This document shows positions 38,714-47,331 of a stretch of 47,331 nt of DNA, piece by piece. The stretch is taken from NCBI GenBank assembly GCA_041498975.1, contig JBGQJI010000004.1, forward strand, positions 1 to 47,331, read 5' to 3'. The notes under the pieces were generated by a model, which was not told the DNA's origin, ran no database searches, and saw only the letters and a program-made list of their open reading frames with translations. Within the stretch, counting starts at the first letter, position 1; each line of letters begins with the position of its first letter. The position numbers and the translations under genes are program-made. The stretch comes from Candidatus Methylomirabilis sp. Its GTDB lineage: Bacteria > Methylomirabilota > Methylomirabilia > Methylomirabilales > Methylomirabilaceae.

Positions 38714-38880
38714 TCACAAGAGGACTGATCCCTCTACCTTCTCCATCACGGGCCTAGCGCACGCGATGACCTCCTCCGCCCGCCCCTTCGCATAGAAGCG
38801 GTGCGGAAGACCCCCGGCAGGTTGTTCGGATAGCGCGATGGCAGACGGTGGAGATCCACCTCCGTGTGGTCTTCTCGCAA
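38714..38880 (-). pseudogene. HEPN-domain protein C-terminal relic (frameshifted)
   Basis: DLHRLPSRYPNNLPG in one frame, then PHRFYAKGRAEEVIACARPVMEKVEG in another; RYP plus terminal helix is typical of HEPN proteins of MNT-HEPN pairs. Confidence 0.55.
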
Positions 38881-39510
38881 CGTCTCGAGCGAGGCATCGT
38901 TCTGAGTTGATGAACGTGGGATGACAATTGCTCCTTGTTCAAGATTTCCAAGGACCTCAGTGTTGCCTTCCAGGAAGAGGCGGCCGACAAGGGCACCTGT
39001 GGCTGCATCACGTTCATCACCGTCCATGCTTCGATCGAGTCCATTCAATCCTTGTTGTTCCAATCCTCTTCGGAGCTCTGCAAGGCCATCTTGCTTCCGA
39101 ACGATCTTCCACACATCTTGCGCGGCGCCCGGATAAATCTCAATCACGCTGTAGCCCCGTCGTACCAGTGTGTTCTTCAAGGCAATGCCGCGCAAAGTCA
39201 GCGCGCGCATTGGGCCGAGCGTGATCGGAAAGAACCTGATGCTGCGCTTCAGTCATTCTCGGTCGCACGGCCGAAAATGTTCTCCGTTCCGGTCTTCGAG
39301 CGTTTTCCTTCCGGGCGGAAGGTTCAACGGCGCATCGATGCCGATGAGACCGGGCTTCGCTTGTGTAACATAATCCAAAATCTCTTCGTCTCTGTGGACC
39401 GTGGCCCATTTCGTTATGGTCATCCCCTGCAATACGCAGATGCCAGTGTTGCGCTGCGGATTGCCGGCAAGGTCGATTCCAACGACTGTACATTGTTTCC
39501 GATTCATCAA
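38746..39510 (-). pseudogene. DUF429-like (RNase H-fold) gene with in-frame TGA
   Basis: VGIDLAG, IGIDAPL, RPCDRE*LKRSIRFFP, IEIYPGA, DAATGALVG; ORFs 39253-39510 and 38746-39210 share one frame. Confidence 0.75.
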
Positions 39511-40439
39511 GATATTCGCCTTCCCAACAGGGTCACCAGGATCGCCTTTTGAACATGAAGGCGATTTTCGGCCTCGTCGTAGACGACGGAATGAGGACCG
39601 TCGAGCACCTCATCGGTGATCTCCTCGCCGCGGTGGGCGGGAAGGCAGTGCATGACCAGCACATCCGGCTTTGCCAGTCGGACGAGCGCCGCATTGACCT
39701 GGAACCTGCGGAAGTCCCGCCTCCGCTTCGCCGACTCGGCCTCCTGACCCATGCTGGTCCAGACATCGGTGTACAGGACATCGGCCCCTTGCGCCGCCTG
39801 CTTGGGATCATGCAGAAGCACGATCCCCCCGCCGTGTGTCTCGGCTCCTCTCCTGGCGGAAGCCAGGATGTCGGGGTTCGGCTCATACCCTTTCGGACAG
39901 GCCACGGTCAACTCGATCCCGGTCTTTCCCGCGCCATGCACCCAGGAGTGGCAGACGTTATTCCCGTCTCCGATGTACGCCACCTTCAACCCACGGAGCT
40001 TGCCGCATTTCTCCCGAAGGGTGAAGAGGTCAGCCAGAACCTGGCATGGATGGGTCAGGTCGCTCAATCCGTTGATGACCGGGATGGCCGCGTGGCGGGC
40101 CAGCTCTTCCACTGTCTGGTGGCTGAATGTCCGCGCCATAATCCCATCGACCCATCGCTCGAGATTCTTGGCGACGTCCTTGACCGCCTCTCGCTCCCCG
40201 AGCTGGATGTCGGCCGGAACCAGGTGGATGGCGCGCCCGCCCAACTGGGCCATTCCGACCTCAAAGGTCACCCGGGTCCGGAGCGACGGCTTCTGGAAGA
40301 TCATCGCCAGGCTCTTGCCGGCCAGCAGGGGATGGGCGATCCCCTTTCGCTGCTGCTCCTTCAGGTCTGCAGCCAGGGAAAAGAGCGAACCGGTCTCGGT
40401 CGGCGTCAGGTCCTTGATCGACAGGAGGTCTTTTGTCAT
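39507..40439 (-). CDS. argF: Ornithine carbamoyltransferase
   Basis: FQKPSLRTR, HPCQ, GDGNNV, WTSMGQE, MHCLPAHRG. Confidence 0.96.
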   Translation of the reverse strand: MTKDLLSIKDLTPTETGSLFSLAADLKEQQRKGIAHPLLAGKSLAMIFQKPSLRTRVTFEVGMAQLGGRAIHLVPADIQLGEREAVKDVAKNLERWVDGIMARTFSHQTVEELARHAAIPVINGLSDLTHPCQVLADLFTLREKCGKLRGLKVAYIGDGNNVCHSWVHGAGKTGIELTVACPKGYEPNPDILASARRGAETHGGGIVLLHDPKQAAQGADVLYTDVWTSMGQEAESAKRRRDFRRFQVNAALVRLAKPDVLVMHCLPAHRGEEITDEVLDGPHSVVYDEAENRLHVQKAILVTLLGRRIS

Positions 40440-41641
40440 CGTGGCTGCTGCGCCAGGACCTGATCAAGGATGGCCAGCGCCTCGTCCACCTCGGGCTCGC
40501 CGATGATCAGTGGGGGGACGAATCGGAGGACCTGGTCGCCCGCGGTGAGGACAAGCAGGCCGCGCTGGAGACAACGATCGACGATCGGCTTAGCCGGCAC
40601 CGTCAGCTCGAGCGCGAGAATCAATCCCTTGCCGCGGGCCCCTTTCACGAATGGGTAGCCCGCTGCCAACTCCTTGAGACGAGCCAAGAAGTAGGCCCCG
40701 ATCTTTGCCGCTCGTTGAGGCAACTGCTCGTCGAGGATGGCGGCCAGCACCGCGGTCGCGACGGCGGCGACGAAGGGGTTGCCGCCAAAGGTCGAAGCGT
40801 GACTGCCCGGAACGAAGGCGCGCGCGACGGCTTCCTTCGCCAGCATGGCGCCGATCGGCAGCCCCCCGCCCAGTCCCTTGGCCAGCGTCATGATGTCGGG
40901 TTCGATCCCCCAGTGCTCGTAAGCGAAGAGCCGCCCGGTCCGGCCCATCCCGGTCTGCACCTCATCCAGCATCAAGAGGACTTCCCGTTCCGAACAGAGT
41001 TGGCGCAGTCCGGGCAGATAGTCGTCGTCGGGCACCCTCACCCCGCCCTCGCCCTGGATCGGTTCCACCAGCACGGCACACGTCCTCGAGTCGATCGCCT
41101 GCTTCGCCGCCCTCAGGTCGTTGAATGGGATGTGCTTGAACCCCGGCAACAGCGGCTCGAAGCCGTGTTGATACTTCTCCTGGCCGGTGGCGCTCACGGT
41201 CGCCATGGTCCTGCCGTGGAATGACTCGCGCATGCACACGATCTCGAAGCGGTCCGAGCTCCACCGCTCTTTGGCATAGCGGCGGGCCAGCTTGATGGCC
41301 GCCTCATTCGCCTCTGCCCCGCTGTTGCAAAAGAAGACCTTGTCCGCGAACGAGTGGTCGCACAACGCCCTGGCCAACCCGATCTGCGGCTCGATGTAAT
41401 ACAGGTTTGAGACGTGCAAAAGCGTCTCCGCCTGCGCCTTGATCGCCTCCACTACCTTGGGGTGGCAGTGGCCCAGGACATCGACGGCGATGCCGGCCGC
41501 AAGGTCGAGGTACTCCTTGCCCTCCACGTCCCAGAGACGAACGCCCCTCCCCTTCACGAGCACCACTGGGAAGCGGCCATAGGTGTTCGCGAGGTAGCGG
41601 GCAGAGGCCTGCATCAACTCCTCGGTTGCGGACATCGACAC
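40436..41641 (-). CDS. argD: Acetylornithine aminotransferase
   Basis: NSGAEANE, FHGRT, EPIQGEGG, DEVQTG, AKGLGGG. Confidence 0.94.
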   Translation of the reverse strand: MSMSATEELMQASARYLANTYGRFPVVLVKGRGVRLWDVEGKEYLDLAAGIAVDVLGHCHPKVVEAIKAQAETLLHVSNLYYIEPQIGLARALCDHSFADKVFFCNSGAEANEAAIKLARRYAKERWSSDRFEIVCMRESFHGRTMATVSATGQEKYQHGFEPLLPGFKHIPFNDLRAAKQAIDSRTCAVLVEPIQGEGGVRVPDDDYLPGLRQLCSEREVLLMLDEVQTGMGRTGRLFAYEHWGIEPDIMTLAKGLGGGLPIGAMLAKEAVARAFVPGSHASTFGGNPFVAAVATAVLAAILDEQLPQRAAKIGAYFLARLKELAAGYPFVKGARGKGLILALELTVPAKPIVDRCLQRGLLVLTAGDQVLRFVPPLIIGEPEVDEALAILDQVLAQQPR

Positions 41642-42636
41642 TACCCGATGATCTCCGTCCCGATGCCCTCCGGCGTGAAGATCTCCAGCAGGAGGGCATG
41701 CGGGATCGTGCCGTTGATGATGTGGGTTTTCCTCACCCCGTTCTCGAGCGCCCTGAGACAGGCTTCGACCTTGGGCAGCATCCCCCCCGCGATGACCCCA
41801 TCGGCGATCAGTCGCTTGACCTCGCTCCGGGTCAGGGTGGGGAGAAGCGCCCCATCCTTGTCGAGGATGCCGTCGGTGTCGGTCAGCAGGACGAGCTTCT
41901 CCGCGCGGAGGGCGCCGGCGATCTCCCCGGCCGCCAGATCGGCGTTGATGTTGTAGGTCACCCCCGCCTCATCAGTTCCAGTGGGCGCCACCACCGGTGT
42001 GAATCCATCCCGTTCCAGGGTGCGGAGTATCCGTCCATCGACGCCCACAATCTCTCCCACGAAGCCCAGATCGACCTCCCGCTCGGTTTGCTGCACGCCG
42101 GTGGACCCCAGGTGGGACGCCCTCTCGACCAGCACCCGCCCGCCCGGCTCGGTTAGGCCGGTTGCCTGAACGCTGGTGGACCCCGGTTGGGACGCCGCCA
42201 CGGGGCCGGCCTTTTTCGCCCGAATCAGGCCCCCGTCCTTGCCTGAAAGGCCGACGGCCACGCCTCCGTGCTGGTTGATCAGCGCCACCAGCTCCTGATT
42301 GATCTGGCCTACCATGACCATCTCTACAATTTTCATCGTCTCCGCATCGGTGACCCGGAGGCCGCCGACGAAGGTTGGCTTGAGACCCGCCAGCTCCATC
42401 GCCCTCGTGATCTCCGGGCCGCCGCCGTGGACCACGACCGGCTGCATGCCCACATACCGCATCAGGATGATGTCCAGGACCACCGACCGCTTCAGGTCTT
42501 CATCGCTCATGGCCGCGCCGCCGTACTTGACCACCACGGTCTTCTCGGTAAAGGCTTTGATGTACGGCAACGCCTCGATCAGGATGTTCGCCTTGTCGAT
42601 AGAGGCTTGCATGTCCACCTTTTTCCGCTCGGCCAC
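41641..42636 (-). CDS. argB: Acetylglutamate kinase with an internal duplicated insertion
   Basis: EALPYI, KYGG, VHGGG, GLSGKDG, NINAD, GGMLPK. Confidence 0.95.
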   Translation of the reverse strand: MAERKKVDMQASIDKANILIEALPYIKAFTEKTVVVKYGGAAMSDEDLKRSVVLDIILMRYVGMQPVVVHGGGPEITRAMELAGLKPTFVGGLRVTDAETMKIVEMVMVGQINQELVALINQHGGVAVGLSGKDGGLIRAKKAGPVAASQPGSTSVQATGLTEPGGRVLVERASHLGSTGVQQTEREVDLGFVGEIVGVDGRILRTLERDGFTPVVAPTGTDEAGVTYNINADLAAGEIAGALRAEKLVLLTDTDGILDKDGALLPTLTRSEVKRLIADGVIAGGMLPKVEACLRALENGVRKTHIINGTIPHALLLEIFTPEGIGTEIIG

Positions 42637-42652
42637 CCCTGGACTCCCTGGG

Positions 42653-44008
42653 CTACAGGATATAGCGGCTCAGGTCCTCGTTCTTCACGATCTCCTGAAG
42701 CCGCTCCCGGACGTAGGCGGCGTTGATCTCGACCCGCGCCCCCTGCATCGAGGGGGCCTCAAACGAGATTTCATCGAGCAGCCGCTCCATGATCGTGTAC
42801 AGGCGCCGAGCGCCGATGTTCTCGGTCGCCTGGTTCACGGCGCTCGCGGTGGAGGCGATCTCACGGACCGCGTCCTCGGTGAAGTCGATCTTCACCCCCT
42901 CTGTCTCGAGGAGGGCGACGTACTGCTTCGTCAAGGCATTCTGGGGCTCCGTGAGAATCCGGACGAAATCATCCTGCGTCAGGCTCGCCAGTTCCACCCG
43001 CAGCGGGAAGCGCCCCTGTAGCTCCGGGATCAGATCGGACGGCTTGCTGACGTGAAACGCCCCTGCCGCGATGAACAGGACGTGGTCGGTGCGCACCAGG
43101 CCGTACTTGGTGTTCACCGTACACCCCTCCACGATCGGCAGGAGATCGCGCTGCACACCCTGGCGGGACACGTCCGGGCCATGCGCTGTCTCGCGGCCAG
43201 CGATCTTGTCGATCTCATCCAGAAAGATGATCCCCGAGTCCTCGACGCGGCGGACCGCCTCTAACCTCACCTCGTCCATGTCGATGAGTTTATCGGCCTC
43301 CTCTTGAGCCAGGATCCGCCGGGCTTCCCGGACCTTCACCTTTCGCCGCTTGGTCCGCTGCGGCAGGATATTCCCCAGCATCTCCTTGATATTGATGTCC
43401 ATCTCCTCCAGGCCGGAGCTGCTGAAGATTTCCACCATCGGCATGCCCCGGTCTTTGACCTCCAGCTCCACGGTCCGGTCGTCCAGCTTTCCGTCGTGCA
43501 GCCGTTTGCGAAGTTTTTCGCGGGTTTCGGCCGCTGAGCTCATCGCGCTTGGCTCTTCTGCCCGCTCGAATCCAGGAGGCGCCGCCGTCCTCGTAGCGGG
43601 AAGGAGAAGGTCCAATAGCCGCTCCTCGGCCAACTCTTGCGCCCGCTCCTGGACCGCCTTGGCCCTCTCGCCCTTCACCATACCCACCGCCAGCTCGGTC
43701 AGGTCTCGTACCATCGACTCAACGTCGCGTCCGACGTAACCGACCTCTGTGTATTTGCTGGCCTCCACCTTGATGAACGGCGCATCCACCAGCTTGGCGA
43801 GGCGGCGGGCGATCTCCGTCTTCCCCACGCCGGTCGGGCCGATCATGATGATGTTCTTCGGCGCCACCTCGTCGCGCAGCTCGTCGGGCAGCCTCTGGCG
43901 GCGCCATCGGTTGCGAAGGGCGATGGCAACGGCCCGCTTCGCCTCCTTCTGACCGATGATGTACTTGTCAAGCTCGGCCACGATTTGTCTCGGTGTCAAC
44001 TGTTCCAT
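42653..44008 (-). CDS. hslU: ATP-dependent protease ATPase HslU
   Basis: [40 protein letters not shown]. Confidence 0.97.
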   Translation of the reverse strand: MEQLTPRQIVAELDKYIIGQKEAKRAVAIALRNRWRRQRLPDELRDEVAPKNIIMIGPTGVGKTEIARRLAKLVDAPFIKVEASKYTEVGYVGRDVESMVRDLTELAVGMVKGERAKAVQERAQELAEERLLDLLLPATRTAAPPGFERAEEPSAMSSAAETREKLRKRLHDGKLDDRTVELEVKDRGMPMVEIFSSSGLEEMDINIKEMLGNILPQRTKRRKVKVREARRILAQEEADKLIDMDEVRLEAVRRVEDSGIIFLDEIDKIAGRETAHGPDVSRQGVQRDLLPIVEGCTVNTKYGLVRTDHVLFIAAGAFHVSKPSDLIPELQGRFPLRVELASLTQDDFVRILTEPQNALTKQYVALLETEGVKIDFTEDAVREIASTASAVNQATENIGARRLYTIMERLLDEISFEAPSMQGARVEINAAYVRERLQEIVKNEDLSRYIL

Positions 44009-44020
44009 GAGAAGTCCTGG

Positions 44021-44100
44021 GTTCAATGTTCAAGGTGCAACGTTCAAGGTTCCAGGGTCGATTGGCACTTCTCCAACGTCGAACATCGAACCTTGAACCC
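44021..44100. repeat. Heptamer array, inverted arms (GTTCAAN)n...(YGAACNT)n
   Basis: gttcaat gttcaag gtgcaac gttcaag gttccag ... cgaacat cgaacct tgaaccc. Confidence 0.85.
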
Positions 44101-44102
44101 TG

Positions 44103-44645
44103 TTACAGCTCTTCGATCGTGATCTTGTCATTGGTGTACACGCACAGCGAGGCGGCGATCTTCATCGCTTCCTCAGCGATCCGCCTCGCGTCGAGATCCG
44201 AGAAGCCCACAAGGGCTCTGGCTGCGGCGGCCGCGTATGGCCCGCCGGAGCCGATGCCGATCACGCCATCGTCCGGCTCAATGACGTCCCCGGTCCCCGA
44301 GATGACAAGAGAGTGCTCCTTGTCCACCACGACCAGAAGCGCCTCCAGACGCCTGAGGACCCGATCGGTGCGCCAATCCTTGGCCAGCTCGACCGCCGCC
44401 CGCGGCAGATTTCCGCTGTATTCCTCCAGCTTGGCCTCGAACTTGGTGAAGAGGGCGAATGCATCGGCCGCGGCGCCTGCAAATCCGGCGACCACACGAT
44501 CGTTCGATATCCGGCGGACCTTCCGGGCGGTCTGCTTCATCACCGTCTCACCAAAGGACACCTGTCCGTCCCCGGCCACCACCGCCTTTCCCTTATGCCG
44601 CACCGCAAGGATCGTTGTGCTGCGCACAAGGGGTTCACGGTTCAC
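44103..44645 (-). CDS. hslV: ATP-dependent protease subunit HslV (start 44645 or 44627)
   Basis: TTILAVR, AGDGQV, GFAG, WRTDR.LRRLEA, IGSGG. Confidence 0.96.
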   Translation of the reverse strand: MNREPLVRSTTILAVRHKGKAVVAGDGQVSFGETVMKQTARKVRRISNDRVVAGFAGAAADAFALFTKFEAKLEEYSGNLPRAAVELAKDWRTDRVLRRLEALLVVVDKEHSLVISGTGDVIEPDDGVIGIGSGGPYAAAAARALVGFSDLDARRIAEEAMKIAASLCVYTNDKITIEEL

Positions 44646-44751
44646 GGTTCACCGACAGAGGACACTTTGCGCTCTGCACTTGTTTGACCTCGTGTCATCA
44701 CTGTTAATCCTGTCTCTATTACTATGAACTCTGAGCCCCGAACTCTGAACT
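44632..44751. repeat. Heptamer array, inverted arms (GGTTCAC)3...(TGAACTC)n
   Basis: ggttcac x3 at 44632-44652; tgaactc tgagccc cgaactc tgaact at 44725-44751. Confidence 0.8.
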
Positions 44752-44753
44752 TC

Positions 44754-45806
44754 TCACGCCCTCGGATGCGCCTTGTCGTACACCTCCATCAGGTGATCGA
44801 GATTCAGATGGGTGTACCGCTGAGTCGTCGAGAGGCGCGAATGGCCCAGCAGCTCCTGAATGGCCCGCAGGTCGGCCCCGGCTTCCAGCAGATGAGTGGC
44901 ATAGCTATGGCGCAGCCCGTGGGGCGTGATCTTCGGGCCAAGCCCACTCCGTTCAAGGTATTTCAACAGGATCCGAGCGACACTCCTCCCGCTCAAGCGG
45001 CCGCCGAATCGGTTCAAAAACAGCGCCTGAGGGACTTGCGATCCCGACCCCTGGTCTGGGATCAACTCCCTCCGCCGGTCCAGATAGAGCCTCAGGGCCG
45101 TCGCGGCCTTCGACCCCACCGGCACGATGCGCTCCTTGTTCCCCTTCCCTTTGACCTTGACCAGGCCCTCTCGAAGGTCCAGGTCATGCAGATCGAGGCC
45201 CACCAGCTCGCTCAGTCGGATCCCCGAGGCGTAGAAGAGTTCGAGAATGGCGCGATCGCGGGCACTCGGCGCATCCTGGCGTCCGGGCGTGGCCATGAGC
45301 CGATCGATCTCGTCCACGGAGAGACGAGCGGGAAGCCGTTTCGGCAGCTTCGGGGTTGAAACCAGCTTAGCAGGGTTCCCCTGAAGAACACCCTCGCGGC
45401 AGAGATATCGGAAGAACGATCGGAGGCATGCAAGCTTCCGCGCGATAGTGCTGCGCGCGATCCCTCTGCTGTGCAGGTCCGCGATAAAGGCTCGGATTGT
45501 CAACGAGTCGATCTCGGCAGGGTCGATATCCCGTTCCCAGACATCCCCTCCTTCGATCCTTCGGTAAGACTCAGGACAGGCTCCGCTCAGGCTGCGCACT
45601 GAGCCTGTCGAAGTGACAGGTCCGCTTCGATGAGACTCAGCGCAGGGTTCGACATCGCTCACGGGAGCTTTCGGGCGCGCCAGCTTTTTGGCTCTCAGGA
45701 ATGCGCGGATCTGCTGAAGGTCGATCGCATAGTTCTTCAGGGTGTGCGGGGAAGCGGCTCGCTCCGCCTGAAGGTACGAGAGATAAGCCTCCATCTGCTC
45801 AAGCAT
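44754..45806 (-). CDS. xerC: Tyrosine recombinase XerC with an in-frame palindromic insertion
   Basis: RDRAILELFYASGIR, KGKGNKER, HGLRHS.ATH, LGH, TQRY; trmFO-xerC-hslVU synteny. Confidence 0.92.
   Translation of the reverse strand: MLEQMEAYLSYLQAERAASPHTLKNYAIDLQQIRAFLRAKKLARPKAPVSDVEPCAESHRSGPVTSTGSVRSLSGACPESYRRIEGGDVWERDIDPAEIDSLTIRAFIADLHSRGIARSTIARKLACLRSFFRYLCREGVLQGNPAKLVSTPKLPKRLPARLSVDEIDRLMATPGRQDAPSARDRAILELFYASGIRLSELVGLDLHDLDLREGLVKVKGKGNKERIVPVGSKAATALRLYLDRRRELIPDQGSGSQVPQALFLNRFGGRLSGRSVARILLKYLERSGLGPKITPHGLRHSYATHLLEAGADLRAIQELLGHSRLSTTQRYTHLNLDHLMEVYDKAHPRA
45549..45663. repeat. Cluster of REP-like TTCGAC-N-GCTCA units within xerC
   Basis: ccttcgat[ccttcggtaagactcaggacagg]ctccgctcagg, ctgagcctgtcgaag, cttcgatgagactcag, gttcgacatcgctcac. 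Confidence 0.7.
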
Positions 45807-45906
45807 CCGCCCGTGTCACCTCTATTCCGGCCTGTCTTGGTACGATACGAGGATTAGCCTGAAAGATCAAGGCAAAATCGGCCTCAGCAGGTCTTAAGAG
45901 CGGCAG

Positions 45907-45935
45907 ATATTAGCAGACCAAGCCGACAAACGCAA
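45907..45935 (-). promoter_or_regulatory. Candidate promoter upstream of xerC
   Basis: TTGCGT-17 nt-TAATAT with TG before the -10. Confidence 0.35.
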
Positions 45936-45966
45936 CTAAACCAAACACGCCAAATCTCCCGGCTCC

Positions 45967-46054
45967 GTCATTGCGAGCGACTGAAAGGAGCGCGGCAATC
46001 TCACCGCCCTATCACTGCAAGATTGCTTCGGTCGCTCCGCTCCCTCGCAATGAC
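45967..46054. repeat. REP/RPE-like palindromic element
   Basis: GTCATTGCGAG...GCAATCT...AGATTGC...CTCGCAATGAC nested inverted repeats. Confidence 0.8.
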
Positions 46055-46127
46055 ACGGGCGGGGGACCTTCGAAGCAATGACATTTGTTCACTGCGCCCG
46101 TTGCGAGCCCATGTGCCGCTTGGCATC

Positions 46128-46304
46128 TCAATCTCGGGGTAAAGGCTCCCAAGCTTTGTGTCTGCCTCTCTCCCAATCGTTGGCCCACCCACGGACTGAC
46201 CCGAGCCGAATCCTACGGCCCACTTCTTCCTACATCTGCTTAATGGTCTTCCCTCTCAGCCAGAGGTCGAAGCACTCTTGTTTGTAGGCATCTTGTCGAG
46301 GCAT
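46128..46304 (-). pseudogene. Small HTH-like ORF with in-frame TAG
   Basis: GGAGG SD; MPRQDAYKQECFDLWLRGKTIKQM*EEVGRRIRLGSVRGWANDWERGRHKAWEPLPRD. Confidence 0.4.
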
Positions 46305-46415
46305 TACCAGCTTCCTCCGAACTCAGTAATGAGCAGGTAACACGCGGGCTCCATTCGGAAAATACAACGAGGAAGGTGAAGGGGTCAGATGCAAATTTGA
46401 GCGATGATCAGGTCG

Positions 46416-47331
46416 TTAGCGGAGATCGGGGAGGTCGTGGAGGGCACGCGCGACCAAGGCCTGTCGCCTCTCCCGTTTCGCGCGGACCGGCTCGTCGAGG
46501 GATGGGAGCAGGCCGAAGTTGACGTTCATCGGCTGGAAGGTGCGGGGATCGGCGTGGCAGATGTGTCGAATGACGGATCCGAGCGCAGTTGTAGGGGGCA
46601 GCACGACCGGGGCATCGCCTCTGAGAAGCCGGACAGCGTTGATGCCGGCCAGGAGACCAGTCCCGGCTGATTCCAGGTACCCTTCTACCCCGGTGAGCTG
46701 CCCGGCAATAAGGATTCCCTGGTCGCCGCGGAACTGCATCGTCCTCTGGAGCAGAGCCGGTGCGGTGATGAAGGTATTGCGATGGATCGACCCGTACCGA
46801 AGGAATTCCGCATCGCGGAGCCCCGGAATCGTCCGGAAGATCCGGCGCTGCCCGCCCCAGCGGAGGCGCGTCTGGAACCCCACCATGTTATACATCGTCC
46901 CTTCCCGGTTCTCTAATCTCAACTGCACGACCGCGTACGGCCGGCGGCCGGTCCCGGGATCGACCAGGCCCACGGGCTTCATTGGTCCGAAGCGTAAGGC
47001 ATCCTCCCCTCGGACGGCCAACACTTCGATTGGGAGACACCCTTCGAAGTACCGCGCCTCTTCGAATGGATGGATCGGGGTCACCTCGGCGCCGCGAATC
47101 GCCTCCCAGAAGCTGCGATACTCCTCTCGCGTCATCGGACAATTCAGATAATCGTCGCCCCCTTTGCCGTAGCGAGAGGCGGCAAACGCGATCGTGCGAT
47201 CGATCGTGTCCCCGCCAACGATCGGCGAGATGGCATCGTAGAAGTAGAGGAGGTCCGAGGGCGTGGCAGCGGGCTCCTGTATCGCCAGGTAGTGAAGGAA
47301 GCGATCACGCAACGCCGTGGCCAACCGATCG
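46416..47331 (-). CDS. trmFO: tRNA m5U54 methyltransferase TrmFO (5' end lies beyond the window)
   Basis: [56 protein letters not shown]. Confidence 0.95.
   Translation of the reverse strand, partial: DRLATALRDRFLHYLAIQEPAATPSDLLYFYDAISPIVGGDTIDRTIAFAASRYGKGGDDYLNCPMTREEYRSFWEAIRGAEVTPIHPFEEARYFEGCLPIEVLAVRGEDALRFGPMKPVGLVDPGTGRRPYAVVQLRLENREGTMYNMVGFQTRLRWGGQRRIFRTIPGLRDAEFLRYGSIHRNTFITAPALLQRTMQFRGDQGILIAGQLTGVEGYLESAGTGLLAGINAVRLLRGDAPVVLPPTTALGSVIRHICHADPRTFQPMNVNFGLLPSLDEPVRAKRERRQALVARALHDLPDLR

Noticed and set aside
39253..39255. Selenocysteine at the DUF429 in-frame TGA
   Set aside because: The position does not look like a Cys/redox site, no convincing SECIS hairpin follows, and the neighbouring sequence is decayed.
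44627..44698. Phase variation of hslV via (GTGAACC)3, since an upstream ATG would be in frame with only one unit
   Set aside because: One-in-three chance coincidence; a downstream GTG at 44627 can start HslV regardless of unit number.
44754..45806. xerC as the integrase of a mobile element or of the lysA island
   Set aside because: It lies in the housekeeping trmFO-xerC-hslVU context, about 10 kb from the island.
71..47151. Many long plus-strand ORFs (e.g. 7287-8414, 11021-12241, 28893-29927)
   Set aside because: Antisense shadows of GC-rich minus-strand genes with no recognisable motifs.

Overview
Almost entirely minus-strand housekeeping DNA from a GC-rich bacterium. Gene order and style resemble Methylomirabilota/NC10 or a deltaproteobacterium-like lineage, but this is not verifiable here. 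In transcription order: partial trmFO, xerC-hslV-hslU, argB-argD-argF-(decayed DUF429 and HEPN remnants)-argG-argH, an Fn3 lipoprotein, a lysA 5' pseudo-copy plus ISL3 scrap, a 4-gene glycosyl-modification island, lysA-dapF-dapA-dapB-FAH-dapL-folK-deoxynucleoside kinase, a pan RNA leader, panB-panC, and a dcw cluster from mraZ to ftsA. Notable oddities: (1) native murF is reduced to an N-terminal relic followed by an alpha/beta-hydrolase / membrane-anchored MurF / Ddl trio; (2) about 13 degenerate, often inverted, heptamer tandem arrays sit at gene junctions and sometimes invade CDS ends; (3) the island is bracketed by two divergent copies of the lysA promoter and 5' end; (4) REP-like palindromes are translated in frame inside XerC and the ArgG tail; (5) a STAS gene lies between mraZ and rsmH, and rsmH apparently starts at ATC. 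All calls come from reading sequence and motifs by eye; no searches were run.
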